From the human T2T-CHM13v2.0 reference genome, Homo sapiens: 64,000 bases of DNA. The translations under genes were made by a program, and so were the position numbers. Positions within the stretch are counted from its first letter, which is position 1. Each line of letters starts with the position of its first letter. Location of the stretch: NCBI RefSeq assembly GCF_009914755.1, contig NC_060947.1; one strand, 5' to 3'. The notes below the pieces were generated by a model. It worked only from the letters and a program-made list of their open reading frames with translations. It did no database searches and was not told where the DNA came from. Positions 20,728 through 41,797 of the stretch are shown here, piece after piece.

Positions 20728-21106
20728 TAGCTCTTCAACTTTGTCAGGGGTTCTAATTCTTAGTATTCATTCACTGCCACTGGGATAGTTTTCTGAATCT
20801 AGGAATGTGTTGGCCCCATACCCTTTAGCTATCATTTAGAGGCACTGACTCCACTAAAGGGGGGCTTGTTGGGCCATCTTTGTGTAGAACCTGGGGCTAG
20901 TATAGAGGGCTGCTTGAGTGCACAAGTTGGCTCTCTTTTTGTTTTCAGGTTCTTATCAATTTGAATAGGTAATGTTCCATACCATTTCATTGAAGCTGAT
21001 CCCAAAATGATCATAACAATTCTTCATGTTTTTATAGCACTTTACAGTTTATAAACCATTCTCATATATATTACCACTTTTAATCACCACAAAAAATCCA
21101 GTGAAG

Positions 21107-23146
<2,040 letters not shown>

Positions 23147-23853
23147 TGGTAGAGGGCCTAAAGCCCTGGAAAGGAATTTCCAAATATGAGGTGAATACAG
23201 GTATACTTGTCCTCAAGGAAAGCTTCATATATTTATTAGAGCACTGTTGCTCTAAGCTTAAAAGGGCAACATAGAAGTATAGCAAATATTGCAGTAAATA
23301 ATATTTACTATTAGTGATAAATCCTACGTCTAAAACAATGAGGAATTACTGTTTTCTAGGCTTTTCCCCTGATTTTATAATTTGGAAAGTGAATATAACT
23401 GGGCTTTAAAGGGAACAAGTTAGCATAAAATCTGGTTTCTCTAAAGTTACCTTTTGGCAGTCTGAAAGTACATGGATACTATGACTGCTCTTTGATCAGA
23501 CTGCTTGCAGACATATTACCTGTAGAACTTGATGCTTCACAGAGGACCTTTATTATTACTGCTTCAACCCAGCTGAAGCTGGCTGGGACTATCACTAGAT
23601 TACTGAAAAGGAGACTGAAGCAGGCACCAAAATGATGACTTGTCCAGAGTTAATGGCTTCCTCACTCAGCCACATTTCCTATATGTACTAAGGAGATGCT
23701 GGGGGGTAAGTCATGTGCTATCATAGAAAAAGTAGTAACCTAGAAGCCAGATAGACATGGGTCTTGAGTTTGCCACGGGTTCATTGAGTAACCTTGAGCA
23801 AGTCAGTCTCCCTGGGCCTCAGATTCCTTACCTATGCAATGCAGGGTCTAGAA

Positions 23854-24180
23854 CAGCGGTCCCCAATCTTTTTGGTACCAGGGACCGGTTTCGTGGAAGA
23901 CAGTTTTTCCACGGACTGGTTGTGGGGGTGGTTTGGGGATGAAACTGTTCCATCTCAGATATCAGGCATTAGTTAGAGTCTCATAAGGAGTGCGCAACAT
24001 GTGCAGTTCACAACAGGATTCTTACTCCTATGAGATTCTAATGCTGCCACTGATCTGACAGGAGGCAGAACCCAGGCTGTAATGCTTGCTCGCCTGCAGC
24101 TCACCTCCTGCTGTGTGGCTCAGTTCCTAACAGGCCACTGACCAGTACTGGTCCCCAGCCTAGGGGTTGTGGACCCCCTG
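23854..24180. mobile_element. MER1B (hAT-Charlie MITE)
   Basis: CAGCGGTCCCCAA...GGACCCCCTG termini with a perfect 8-bp TSD gtctagaa. Confidence 0.9.
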
Positions 24181-24872
24181 GTCTAGAACAGATTATGTAT
24201 AAGGTTCCTTCTAGGACTAATATCCTGAGTCAAAGTAACAGTCAAAGTTGTGTAAATGGGTTTTAATAACAATGCTTTTATATGGTGTTATATGGTATCT
24301 GAAAAGTTAGGAGGAATATATGCAAAAGCACCTTGTGAAGGATACAGTATCATGCAGATATTGTTGTTAAAGCACTGTAAGCATTTTACAAATATTCTCA
24401 TTTGTCACATTTGGCAGAAAAGAGGAAGCAGGTATTTTTGCCTCTACCTTACTGATGAAGGAATAGCCTGGGCACGGTGGCTCATACCTGTAATCCCAAT
24501 ACTTGGGGAAGCCAAGGTGGGAGGATCACTTGAGCCCAGAGTTCAAGGCTGCAGTGAACTATGATTGTGCCACTGCACTCCAGCCTCAGTGACCGAGCAA
24601 GACCCCATCTCTAAATTTAAAAATTAAAAAAAAAAAAAGAATGGAGATTAACTTGGATGAAGTGACTTGTCCAAGGTCATGCCAAGCATTAAATATAGGA
24701 CTAGAGCCTGAGTCTCCTAATTCCTAGTCTGGTATTCTTTGTTTTTTGTTTTTGCCACAGCATCACTTACCAATCCTGGTATTTTTTTTTTTTGGACCAG
24801 ATCTCATCCTTCTGAAGTATGAGGTACAGTGTAACACTGAGCTTGGTGCTAGAGGAATTATGGACTCTAAAG

Positions 24873-25042
24873 CAGTAGTTCTCAAGTCTAGCCACACATT
24901 GGAACACCCAAGGGAGCTTTTAAACATGGAGCCTAGGACTCCACCCCCAGATATTCTGATGTAATTCGTCTGAGGTAGGACATGGACTTTTTGAAAAGCT
25001 CCCCAGAGATTTCTTATGTGCAGCCAGAGTTGAGAACAACTG
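24873..25042. mobile_element. MER5A-type MITE
   Basis: TIRs CAGTAGTTCTCAA...TTGAGAACAACTG. Confidence 0.8.
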
Positions 25043-25079
25043 GCTTAGGGGAAACCCAGACTCTGCTTTCCACTCTCTA

Positions 25080-25241
<162 letters not shown>

Positions 25242-25961
25242 CTATTACTTCTCAACTACGGTGCTGGGACATGCTGGTGGGTTGCCAGCAGTTGTGATAC
25301 ACACACACACACACACACACACCACCCTGTATACATGTATTAAATACATTTGTAGTTATGCCTGTGATAGGGACACATTCTGTCTTTGACATTCTAATCT
25401 GCTTCTTGGTGTGAGAGAGAATAGGATGAAGTTACAGCTCATGTACCTGGCATTCACGCAACTACATCTGTCATGTATGTCATGACTGTGCTATAATACC
25501 ACTACCAGGTATTTATCTAACCTCTTCTTGCTTGAAGACTTCTAGTAGGGGGAAGCTCACAGTCTTATAGGACAACCCATTGGATTCCACTAATTGTTAG
25601 AAAGTTACTTCTTGTTTAGCTGAAATGTGCTGTCCTATACATCATCCCAGTAGGTCTTGGCTGTGTAAGAGCCTAATCATTCTTTATGACAGCCCTTCAG
25701 ATACTGCTTTCATGATATTATCCCTAGGATAAAATAGAGAAACATGGATGAGGTAACAGCATTTTTGAAGCATTTAGATGAATTTGTAAATGGCCAAAGG
25801 ACCATACCCAGGCTGTAGCAATCAATGGATCACTGTCATCCTGGTGAAGTATCACCAGGACATGTCATAGAACTCCATCTTTCATCCTGTCTTAAAGCAG
25901 CAAAGATTTTTTGTTATGATAATGTCTAGCGTTGGCAAGGGTGACTAAGAAGGGCACTTCT

Positions 25962-31118
<5,157 letters not shown>

Positions 31119-31207
31119 CTAGAAAAGCTTGCAAATGAAGGGAAGTCATTTTAAACTAGTCTTCTAACCCTTTCAGTAATGTGTCTTTCTGCAAACCTGT
31201 TTTGCAG

Positions 31208-31324
31208 TGTTCCTGCAAGGGCTGGTGTGGAAACAAGCAGTGTGGGTGCAGGAAGCAAAAGTCAGACTGTGGTGTGGACTGTTGCTGTGACCCCACAAAG
31301 TGTCGGAACCGCCAGCAAGGCAAG
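31208..31324 (+). CDS. KIF4A: KIF4A coding exon, cysteine-rich (CXC-like) domain [39 protein letters not shown]
   Basis: tttgcag| acceptor, AAG|gtagga donor, 117 nt; 9-Cys pattern typical of kinesin-4 tails. Confidence 0.96.
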
Positions 31325-32122
31325 GTAGGATCAGGGCTGTTTCCTCTCCCCTTCCCTTCAGACCTTCCTCTAGTTTCCACCCTCTTTTTCTGCCTTCCAT
31401 CCTGAAACCTGGAGTCTCCTGCACAGCTCTTCCAACCCTTCTCCTTCCCTCTGCACCCAGAAAAAGAGACAGTTCACTTCTCAATCCTTTTTCCTTGCTG
31501 CTTGCCTGTTCACATACCCCTTTCAGAAACCACAGCACTTCCCAGGAGATTCCCAGGTATAGAGCTCCCCACCCCCAGGCTTGGCTGTAAAGTTTCTGTA
31601 CTGTTTTTGAGATGACAAAGACAAGAAAGCAGGCATTCACAGGCATATAGACATGCAGGATCAAATTAGTCCAGAGGTTTAACTGGAACTGTAAGAGCCA
31701 CGTACTGAGGTAGCAGCTTCCAGGAAGTTAATCCTTTTGACATCTCGAGACATTCGTTACCTAGACTCTCTCCATGGCAACCAGCTAGCTATTCCATGGC
31801 TCTAGAAAAAGACCCACAGGAACCAGGCCTTTCTAATAGTCACTGTTGTAAACCAAGTTAACCTAAATGTCCTCTTAATATTGCTCCCAGGAATAGCAAA
31901 CTCAGGAAAACCAAATGTTCCCTGGGAAGAGCAGCACCAAGCAGGTCAGATCCCTATACCTGCCTTACACCTACCTGTGCAATAGCAAAAATGCATTACT
32001 ACAGCTCTATATGTGATATACAGTAATTCTAGCAAGCACAATCTAATGATGATTCATCATGCATTTCTTGAACATCCACATGTGAAGAGTTTCAACCTGC
32101 ATCTTCTATTAAAAAGACCTCT

Positions 32123-32493
<371 letters not shown>

Positions 32494-32956
32494 CTATTCC
32501 TGTGGTTTTTCAGTTTGCGTTCAAGAGTCATGTAGTAGCTCCATGAAAGGGCCTCCAGGCAGAGGGGCATGGCCCCTTCCTCCCTCCTCCCATCTCTATC
32601 TGTCTCTCTCTCGGACTCAGTTTTCTTAACTGAAAGGAACACCCAGTATGGATGCTAAAAGAGATATTGCAAATTGTAGAGAGGGGGAGTTTAGTCAAAC
32701 AAATGACCGAGGCTTGTCTTTGCTTTAAACCTGGCCTTGTGAGATGTCCCATGCAACTACCTAGTCTTTGCCTTCAGAGGCCACCTACAGGCATTGCTCC
32801 ATTCCTTCAGGGACAGAGCGTGTCAAACACTATGACCTCCCCAAGCAGGGCCTCCCTAAGACTTGCTTCAGCTGACTAATCAGGCACTTAGAGCTGTTAC
32901 CTCTTTGGTTGAATGGGAGCAGACTGATTTTGTAAACCTGGCAGCCAAATTTATAA

Positions 32957-33175
<219 letters not shown>

Positions 33176-33381
33176 TAGGAGAGAGGCAGGTGGAGTAAAG
33201 GTGTAATCAGCTTGCTGGGAACTAGGGATCGGGCATAGACTCTAGTCTGGTTTTTTCCATAGAATGATCTTAAAGAACACTTCATACTACTGGGAGTATG
33301 TCGAGCATCTATAGCAGCTCGGCTGGGCTGAGCTTCTGCCCCTTTCTAAAGTCTATTCATACCTGTCTCTGTCCCTCCTAG

Positions 33382-33585
<204 letters not shown>

Positions 33586-34126
33586 AGTTGGAGTCATCAT
33601 CTCTACCCCCAGTCTGGCTTGGGAGATGCTTTCAGGTTGCAGCCAGAAGGGGTTTTTTAAATGACTTCTCTGGATTTCAGGTTTCTTGCTGTTGAAAAAA
33701 GGAACAAAGCGTTACTGAAAAGAAGGTAACCTTTGTTGGATGTGGGCCTTAGCCTCCAGGTCCAGACTACTACTCTATGTTCTCCAGAAGGGTGCTAAGT
33801 CACCTACTGAAGAGAGAACCAACTGACTTTCCTATTGACTCATCAGGAACCAGTCCTCAGTCTGGTCAAGTTGTTTCTTATTTGTGAGCAGTTCAGGCTA
33901 TCTCCTGATGGGGATGAGGCCAAGGCTTTCTTATCTTTTGGTTGTCTCTGCTTAATGGAGGAGCCTGGCCTAGGATGGAGGCCTGGCTTAGATCTTTCAT
34001 TCCACCTCAGGAATGAGGTTGTGATCTTTCCTGTCCTGACCCTCTCTGAATTATGTTTCAATAGTACTCTTGATTGTCTGCCATGTTGTTGAAGCAAATG
34101 AATTATTTTTAAATGTTAAGTAAGTA

Positions 34127-34186
34127 AATAAACCTTAGCCCGTCTACTGTTTGGGAAGATCCTTCTGTGCTAGAGGGAGAAATAAA
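34127..34186 (+). terminator. KIF4A polyadenylation signals (tandem AATAAA at 34127 and 34181)
   Basis: Two canonical hexamers ~540-600 nt after the stop, each followed by GT/T-rich sequence. Confidence 0.8.
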
Positions 34187-35739
34187 ATTTCAACCTGTGT
34201 TCCTCAGCCCCTGAGGAAGCTATTAAGGGGATTCATTACAAGTACCTGAGCCTCCCTGCCTTATTGTAGCTGCCCTCTTTCCCAGAGGGTATTGTGGAGT
34301 GTGATGTGTCTTTATGTTGCTCTGCTACCCTAGGAAATCAGAATCGCGTTAGCAAGGCCAGTGGCCTGACCTCCACTGTAGAACCTGCCTGGCTTCCAGA
34401 TTTGGGAGGAAGAAACCGCATTTACTAACCATCTCCATGTTCTTGCTACAGTTTTATTTGTTCTTCATACACACACAAAAAGGTCAACATAGATAGATGT
34501 CCTTATTTTGCAGATGAGGAAACTGGGGTATAAAGAAGTAACTTACCCAAAGTCACAAAGCTAGTGAGCAATAGAGCTAGGACCTGAACGCAGAGCTACC
34601 ATCCAAGCTTCACTCTAGCCAACTCTCTAGAGTGCCAGCAGCAGCCACTTCTAATGCCCTGCAGCCTAATTTCTTAGTGTAGGAGGGGCGTTGCACCACA
34701 CTGCTGTCCAGTCCCAGGACAGAACAGCACTGGCTCCTTGCATTCTCCTTTGAAAGATGCTTACGCCTTACAGTCTATCAGTGTTCTCTATCTCTGCTTA
34801 AAGCTAAAAGGGGGCCAGCCCTGGAATGCCATACACAAGCTGCTGACTGGCCTTGTAGCCTTCTGAGGTAGATGCTCACAAGCCCTGCGCTTCATATCCA
34901 TGCATTCTGAATCCCAAAACCCTTCTCCCCAAAAAAGCTCCCAAACCATCCCCAAACACTCAAAAGCCAAGACTCCTCTAGAATCCACCAGAGCCCAAGC
35001 AAAAGAAATTGAGCAACAATCTGCCTAGAATGAAGCCTGCCATGGACTAGGTGACCTGCTGGTCCTCCCTGGCCTCCTGCCAGCAAGCAGCCCTGCTTCT
35101 CTTTGCATTTTAATGCCGAGGGAGCAAGGGAGCCTCTGCCATTGCCAACTAGAGCCTCTGGATACAATGGGAAGCCTGAGTGGGAGGGGGGCCAGCTCTT
35201 GGCATAAGAGAGCCAGTCTTCCTTCTCACTGTTTGAAATCCAGTGTGTGTTGGGGGAGGGGTAAGCAGGCTTATCCCCAGAGAAAACATCCTTTCCCACC
35301 AACACTGCACTAATAGCCCCCAGACCTCGAGTCACCACATCAGGCGTAATGTAGAGGGAGAGGTCAACCAAGCCAGCCCCTGGCCCCCATCCCACCCAGA
35401 CCCCTGTGCTTTAGCACTAAGCAAACTATAGTGTGCTAGCCAGCCCTTCCCTGCTGATGCTGATGCTATAGTAACAGCATCTTTTCTATGTGTTCATCTT
35501 CCAAAAGCCTGTGACCCCAATATACTCTACACTCCTCAAAAGATTCTTGGAAAGAGACTCATATGCCTTAGGGACAAGGCAGCAGAAATGACACAAGTCC
35601 TGAATGAGCATCTCCTGTCTGGGGTGATGAGGGAAGGTGGGAGAACTGCTAGTGTCACCCAGGATCCACAAGGCCCATGGGGACCTCTGGTCCAGAAACG
35701 GCAACTTGCTATCCAGAGTTCAGGAAGTAGCTTGCAGCT

Positions 35740-36075
35740 TCTGTTGCCCAGGCTGGAGCACAGTAGCACAATCTCAACTTACTGCAGCCTCGACGTCCTG
35801 GGCTCAAGCAATCCTCCCACATCAGCCTCCCAAGTAGCTGGGACAAATGACCAAGGCTTGTCTTTGCTTTAAACCTGGCCTTGTGAGATGTCCCATGCAA
35901 CTACCTAGTCTTTGGTAGGTGCACACCATCATGCCTGGCTAATTTTTGTATTTTTTGTAGAGACAGGGTTTCACCATGTTGGCCAGGCTGGTCTTGAACT
36001 CCTGACCTCAGGTGATCCACCCGCCTCGGCCTCCCAAAGTGTTGGGGTTACAGGTGTAAGACACCGCGCCAGGCT
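35740..36075 (-). mobile_element. Antisense Alu interrupted by a 72-bp non-Alu insert
   Basis: Alu consensus broken at 35843-35914. Confidence 0.9.
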
Positions 36076-36187
36076 GCAGCTTCTTATACATGCACCTTGC
36101 TGAATTAGAAGTAGGAGCTCAATAGGGGAGGGAGCCTAATGAATCAAGGCTGTATTTCCAGGGAGCTTGAGACTTGATGTTAGGCTT

Positions 36188-36217
36188 ACACACACGCACA
36201 CACACACACACACACAC
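36188..36217. repeat. (CA)n microsatellite upstream of GDPD2
   Basis: Direct reading; similar (CA)n at 25298-25322 and 41413-41438. Confidence 0.9.
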
Positions 36218-36560
36218 GCCTTTCCAGTGGGCTGGCTGGGCCTCTTCTCCTCACTGCCAAGTTGCAAAGTTGTGTGGTCACCTCCCCCCCCCACACACAC
36301 CAGCTTCCCGCCAGCCTGTGCCCTCAGCCCTCGCCTCCCTGAGCCAGGACAAAGCCCCGGCAGTGACTGGGAGGGGAACAGGAGGAGGGACAGAGGGATG
36401 GGAAAGCCTGCACAAAGGAATTCCTCACCCCAAGCCCCCTGACCGCCAGCGAGTAAAGAAGCAGATTTGCTCTCCCTCCCGCTTCCTCCCTCCCATCTTC
36501 CCACCCGGGCTGTGCCCAGGCCACAGAGCAGCTGCAGGCCTTGGGAGAGGACCCACACAG

Positions 36561-36579
36561 CCTCCTGTAGGTGGCAACA
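36561..36579 (+). promoter_or_regulatory. CTCF-like motif CCTCCTGTAGGTGGCAACA near the GDPD2 5' end
   Basis: CC...AGGTGGC core match. Confidence 0.5.
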
Positions 36580-38304
36580 GTGCCACCTGTTTGACTCATA
36601 GGGCTGAACCGAGGACTGAAAAAGGGAGGAGGCAGACCACTCGGAGAGGAGCTGGGAAGCAGTGCAGAGAGGAGAGCGGAGCGGAGCTGCCGCTGAGCAA
36701 AGGTGTGAGGGTTCGGGAAGGCTGGGGGGCTACAGGTGGGAGCTGTGGAGCAGAGACCAGCTCCATCCCACTGGGATTGGGCCGGGGGATTGAATGGCAC
36801 CCCTGTCAGCAACCCTACTTGGGGTTTTCAGGCTGCTCAGACCCTGATCCCATCCTACAGGCAGCTCCTGAAGGGAGGGGACTCTGGAAGGCAGTGTCTG
36901 GGGTGCAGGGGTAGGACCCCAGGGGAGGCAAGAGCTTAGAGCAGGCTATCAAACCAGCTCCAAGATGGGCAGAGGCAAGGGCTTCCCTTTGGGTTGGCTT
37001 TTTACCGGGAAGGGTCTCGTAGAGGGGAGGGGTTTCCTTCCCCCAGCTCCAGCTCCTCACCCCTACCCTAACCCTCCTTTCCCAAGGCAGCATAAAGAGG
37101 GCAGTTCAGAAGCAGCCACACCTTCCTGCTTACCGGACCCACCCACTGTGCACCCCTCTAAGACTCCATAGCCTCGGGAGAGCTCTGAGGACAAGAGGTC
37201 CTGTCCCTCAGCCCGCACGCACACATGCTCACACACTTTGGGTGTATCCAGGGGCTCCTTTACATACTCAAAGTCACCTAAAATCATATTGTACCGACAG
37301 CCAGTTGTGCTGTCGCGTGCAAATGCTGACACAAATCACATACCGTCTCGCGTAGAATCAGTCACGTACCCAGCCAAGTCTGGGGATCAGCTCAGTCAGC
37401 CAAACCCAGAAGCATAAGGTACAGGGGTCCCCTGCCCCAAGACAACCACACCCCGCATACACACCTTTGCCCTGCGTTTGTTGTACTTTCACCAAAGCTA
37501 ACTTAGAGGGTGGGGCTCCTAAAGGCGAGTCTGGGCTTCTGGTTGGGGTTGGGGGATGACTGGGCAGGAAAGGGCAGGACTTGAGGGGAGGCTCTGTATT
37601 TTGAAAATCCAAAGATTCCTTTAGAAGACTGGGAGTGACCCAGGCAACATGTTCACCTCAAGTCTTTCTCTTTTTGGCAGTGCCCTTTGTCCCCTGAGAG
37701 GTGGACACAGAGAATCTTTCAGGGATTTGTGATCTGAATAATCTCTATAACCATAGCAACTGGCCAACTAGCTGGGCCTTCCTTAGCCCCAGGTCAGAAC
37801 TGTAACCTTTGCTTCAGGTTACTCCTGCTTCCTGGGCTGGAAAGCAATTCAACATGGGGTTGCCTCCAGCTTGGCCAAACCTGCTTTAACTTGCTGAACT
37901 GAGTTTGTCCCACCCTGGGCAGTTTCTCTTGAGTTCTTACCCCCAGGGCAAGCACTCCATCCCCAGAGGTGTGTGCTGTTAAATGGGGAGGAGCTGGAGA
38001 GAGTGGATATGAATCCTGCCCGAAAAGAGGCTGGACCTCTTGGGTGTCCCACTGACTCTCCAGGTAACAAGATTAAAGGGAAACGAAGGCTCTGGAGACT
38101 GTCTCCCATTGCCAGGCTTGCAGCTGGGGCTGCTCGCCTCATCCACTCTGGCACTCTGGGCCTGCCCCGTGACCTCCGTTGCTGAGCAGCGGCCCAGGCC
38201 TCTGCCTCTCCCCCGGGCTCCTCAGATACACTAGGAGGGAGACTGGGATCTGCCCTCTGCCAGGGTCCCTGATGGTCGAGTGTCCCTTCCCCCAGGCCTT
38301 CACC

Positions 38305-38409
38305 ATGGCCGAGTCCCCCGGCTGCTGCTCCGTCTGGGCCCGCTGCCTCCACTGCCTGTATAGCTGCCACTGGAGGAAATGCCCCAGAGAGAGGATGCAA
38401 ACCAGCAAG
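38305..38409 (+). CDS. GDPD2: GDPD2 first coding exon, MAESPGCCSVWARC...MQTSK
   Basis: Acceptor cccag| at 38295, Kozak caccATGG, donor AAG|gtggag. Confidence 0.94.
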
Positions 38410-38673
38410 GTGGAGTAGGGATGGAGGGGGGAGGCTGGAAGTCAGAAGGCAGAGGCTCACTGGAGGGGATAAGGAGGCCAATTGTGCTCATAGACAGCTT
38501 GGGGGAAGGGGCTCTCTCTCCCAGGAAGAAAATCTCCCTCAAATATGGAAAGAGCTGCCCCCCGAGCAGAGCAGCCCAACACGGGGCAGGCAGCTCCCTT
38601 TAGCTGCCACCCGTTGGGGACTCTGAGTTTGAAGTAGGTATTGGTTGTGAGTTTCTCTCCTGCCCCTTTGCAG

Positions 38674-38777
38674 TGCGACTGTATCTGGTTTGGCCTGCTC
38701 TTCCTCACCTTCCTCCTTTCCCTGAGCTGGCTGTACATCGGGCTCGTCCTTCTCAATGACCTGCACAACTTCAATGA
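38674..38777 (+). CDS. GDPD2: GDPD2 exon, CDCIWFGLLFLTFLLSLSWLYIGLVLLNDLHNFNE (TM)
   Basis: tttgcag| ... GA|gtgtgt, 104 nt. Confidence 0.92.
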
Positions 38778-39082
38778 GTGTGTCATGGATTCCCCCTGCT
38801 TCCCCAGCATACCTGTCAACCTGCTCCCCACCCTGGGACCCGGGGGTGGCCCACTGTCAGTCATCCCCCAGCCCTGCCCAGCTGCTCAAACCCAGCTCTG
38901 CTGCTACCCAATCTCCTTAGAAAATCCCTCCACAAAATCTCCTCAATCCTTGGAGCCCCTGGCCACGAGGGGCTTTCTCCTCACTCCCTTCTAGTCTTCC
39001 TGGATCCACCCACCCCACCTCCCCTCAGGCCACTATTGACACCCCTTCCCCCACTTGGACACCTCCCTCTCCCCTCCCACAG

Positions 39083-39176
39083 ATTCCTCTTCCGCCGCTG
39101 GGGACACTGGATGGACTGGTCCCTGGCATTCCTGCTGGTCATCTCTCTACTGGTCACATATGCATCCTTGCTATTG
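39083..39176 (+). CDS. GDPD2: GDPD2 exon, FLFRRWGHWMDWSLAFLLVISLLVTYASLLL (TM)
   Basis: cccacag| ... TTG|gtgggt, 94 nt. Confidence 0.93.
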
Positions 39177-39371
39177 GTGGGTCCGGAGGCCGCTGGCCTA
39201 ACCCCACCTCAGCCTTCCTTCCTGCTTAGTTTTAGCTCCCTATTCTCATCCTGGCCACTGAGGGAGGGGGCTAATTCTTGGGTAGGAGGGAAGTACCAGC
39301 CTGGGAAGCCCACCTCAGTAACCTTGCTCCCCTCTTGGCACCCCATAAGTCCCACTGCTCTCTTCCTCTAG

Positions 39372-39431
39372 GTCCTGGCCCTGCTCCTGCGGCTTTGTAG
39401 ACAGCCCCTGCATCTGCACAGCCTCCACAAG
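39372..39431 (+). CDS. GDPD2: GDPD2 exon, VLALLLRLCRQPLHLHSLHK
   Basis: cctctag| ... AAG|gtacag, 60 nt. Confidence 0.93.
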
Positions 39432-39690
39432 GTACAGTAGGGATGGGAGTGCATGGGAGAGGGGGCCACTGGGCTCAGCACTTGGCTGGCTATTTGCTGA
39501 GGACCTCACTTTTATACCCCCGGGGGGTCAAGCCCAGGACCTGAAGCCCAGTAAGTGTTGAGTGAAAGGAGGAAAGCAGATGTGTCAGGGGAAGGGAAGG
39601 GTCGGGTCCCATCTCTATAGAGTGAAGGAGCAGCTCACCAACCATGAGCCCAAATTGACCAAGAGGCCTCATTCATCCCTGGCCCCCCAG

Positions 39691-39789
39691 GTGCTGCTGC
39701 TCCTCATTATGCTGCTTGTGGCGGCTGGCCTTGTGGGACTGGACATCCAATGGCAGCAGGAGTGGCATAGCTTGCGTGTGTCACTGCAG
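39691..39789 (+). CDS. GDPD2: GDPD2 exon, VLLLLIMLLVAAGLVGLDIQWQQEWHSLRVSLQ
   Basis: cccccag| ... CAG|gtgagt, 99 nt. Confidence 0.94.
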
Positions 39790-39967
39790 GTGAGTGGCCA
39801 ACCTCCAGTGTCTAGACGGGAGCCTTGGCTTGCAGCCAACCCTAGAACATATCTCGCTCCTGTTCCCCCAAGACTGCAGGTAGCTCTGAACTCCAGCAGT
39901 CAGGCCCTAAGAGGAAAGCGGGGAGGGGCACTGGAGAAGAGCCCACCTCACCAGCTCTTGTCCACAG

Positions 39968-40061
39968 GCCACAGCCCCATTCCTTCATATTGGAGCAGCC
40001 GCTGGAATTGCCCTCCTGGCCTGGCCTGTGGCTGATACCTTCTACCGTATCCACCGAAGAG
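39968..40061 (+). CDS. GDPD2: GDPD2 exon, ATAPFLHIGAAAGIALLAWPVADTFYRIHRR
   Basis: tccacag| ... GAG|gtgcca, 94 nt. Confidence 0.92.
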
Positions 40062-40185
40062 GTGCCAACGCTGCTGCCCCACTCACCCTTGCTGGCCACT
40101 CATGCTCTGCCACCTGCACTCTGCCTTCCATCCCCAGAGCTCTCCCCTTGCCCATTCTTGAAAGCCTGTCCCCCACTCCCCACAG

Positions 40186-40331
40186 GTCCCAAGATTCTGC
40201 TACTGCTCCTATTTTTTGGAGTTGTCCTGGTCATCTACTTGGCCCCCCTATGCATCTCCTCACCCTGCATCATGGAACCCAGAGACTTACCACCCAAGCC
40301 TGGGCTGGTGGGACACCGAGGGGCCCCCATG
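40186..40331 (+). CDS. GDPD2: GDPD2 exon, PKILLLLLFFG...PKPGLVGHRGAPM (start of GDPD domain, catalytic His)
   Basis: cccacag| ... ATG|gtgagt, 146 nt. Confidence 0.95.
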
Positions 40332-40456
40332 GTGAGTGTTGGACAGAATGCTGGGAGGGTGGGGAGGGTCTGCTCGTTTGCACCATAGCGACCAGGCCTG
40401 TGGGTTCCCAGTCTCCCACCCTTCCCTGCTACCTCATCACCTATTCCCTTTCCCAG

Positions 40457-40539
40457 CTGGCTCCCGAGAACACCCTGATGTCCTTGCGGAAGACAGCTGA
40501 ATGCGGAGCTACTGTGTTTGAGACTGATGTGATGGTCAG
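40457..40539 (+). CDS. GDPD2: GDPD2 exon, LAPENTLMSLRKTAECGATVFETDVMVS
   Basis: ttcccag| ... CAG|gtgagg, 83 nt; PENT and ExD motifs. Confidence 0.95.
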
Positions 40540-40632
40540 GTGAGGGAAGCTGGGGCTTAGGGGATCTGGGGGGCTGAAGGACATGATGACCAGCCCCAGA
40601 GCTTGGCCCTCTGACACCCCTTGTGCCCTCAG

Positions 40633-40783
40633 CTCCGATGGGGTCCCCTTCCTCATGCATGATGAGCACCTCAGCAGGACCACGAATGTAGCCTCTGTAT
40701 TCCCAACCCGAATCACAGCCCACAGCAGTGACTTCTCCTGGACTGAACTGAAGAGACTCAATGCTGGATCCTGGTTCCTAGAG
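40633..40783 (+). CDS. GDPD2: GDPD2 exon, SDGVPFLMHDEHLSRTTNV...LNAGSWFLE
   Basis: ccctcag| ... GAG|gtgagg, 151 nt; HD..L.RTT motif. Confidence 0.95.
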
Positions 40784-41437
40784 GTGAGGACAGCCTCTGC
40801 AAAGAGGCAGCCATCTGCAGGGACACTCAGAGAGGGCAGAGTTCATTCTGTTGATAAGCATTTGCTCAGCCCTGTGCTAGGCAATAAGAACATAGTCTGT
40901 GCTCTCAAGTCACTTCCACCTAGTAGAGAGCCTAGGCAGCAGACGATTCAGGAAACCCAGAGCAATAAAAACATTTTCCTGCCTGGGAGAGAATCAGGAG
41001 TGGATTCATACAGGAGAGGATGAAAGTCTTCTTCTAAGATGCACAAAGCAGGGAACAGGAACTCCTTCAGAGGGAAGAGGACACGTAAAGCCCAGAAGTC
41101 TGAAAAAGGGTGTTTCCAGGAATAAAATGTGGCTGAATGTAACTGAGAGAGACAATTCATGGGAGTGGTAGGGAGCAGAGGCTTGGCCTTGAAGAGCTCC
41201 GAATGCCTGGCCCAGAAGTGTCAACTTCAATCCTGTAAGTGGTACAAAATATTTAAAAGGATATTGAATTTTTTCAGTTCCTCTTCCCCTGATTGTAAAA
41301 GTAATACATGTTCATTGTAAAAAGTAAAACATCAGAGAAATAAGAAATAACATAGAAATCAAAGTCTCCCATAATCCAGTCCCTCTGAAATATTCACTGT
41401 TAACAGTTGGATACACACACACACACACACACTCACA

Positions 41438-41797
41438 CAGTCCCCGACTTATGAGGTTCCACTTAATGATTTTTTTACTTTATGATGATTTGAGATTGAT
41501 ATACATTCAGTAGAAACTATACTTAAGAGTACCCATACAACAATTGTTTTTCATTTTCAGTACAATATTCAATACATCACATGAGATATTCAATACTTCA
41601 TTATAAAATAGGCTTTGTGTTAGATGATTTTTGCCTAACTGTAGGCTAATGTAAGTTCTGAGCACACTTAAGGCAGGCTAGGTTAAGCTAGGATATTCAG
41701 TAGGTTAGGTATATTAAATGCATTTTTGATTTTCAATCTTTTCAATTTAAAATGGGTTTATCAAGACACAACTCCATCATAAGTCAAGGTGCATCTG
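41438..41797 (-). mobile_element. MER47A-like Tigger MITE
   Basis: Matches recalled consensus CAGATGC.CC..GACTTA.GATGG...CCTAACCTAC on the minus strand. Confidence 0.75.

Noticed and set aside
36174-36914. 246-aa ORF over the GDPD2 promoter
   Set aside because: Starts in a (CA)n repeat, crosses the putative first-exon donor and has no recognisable homology.
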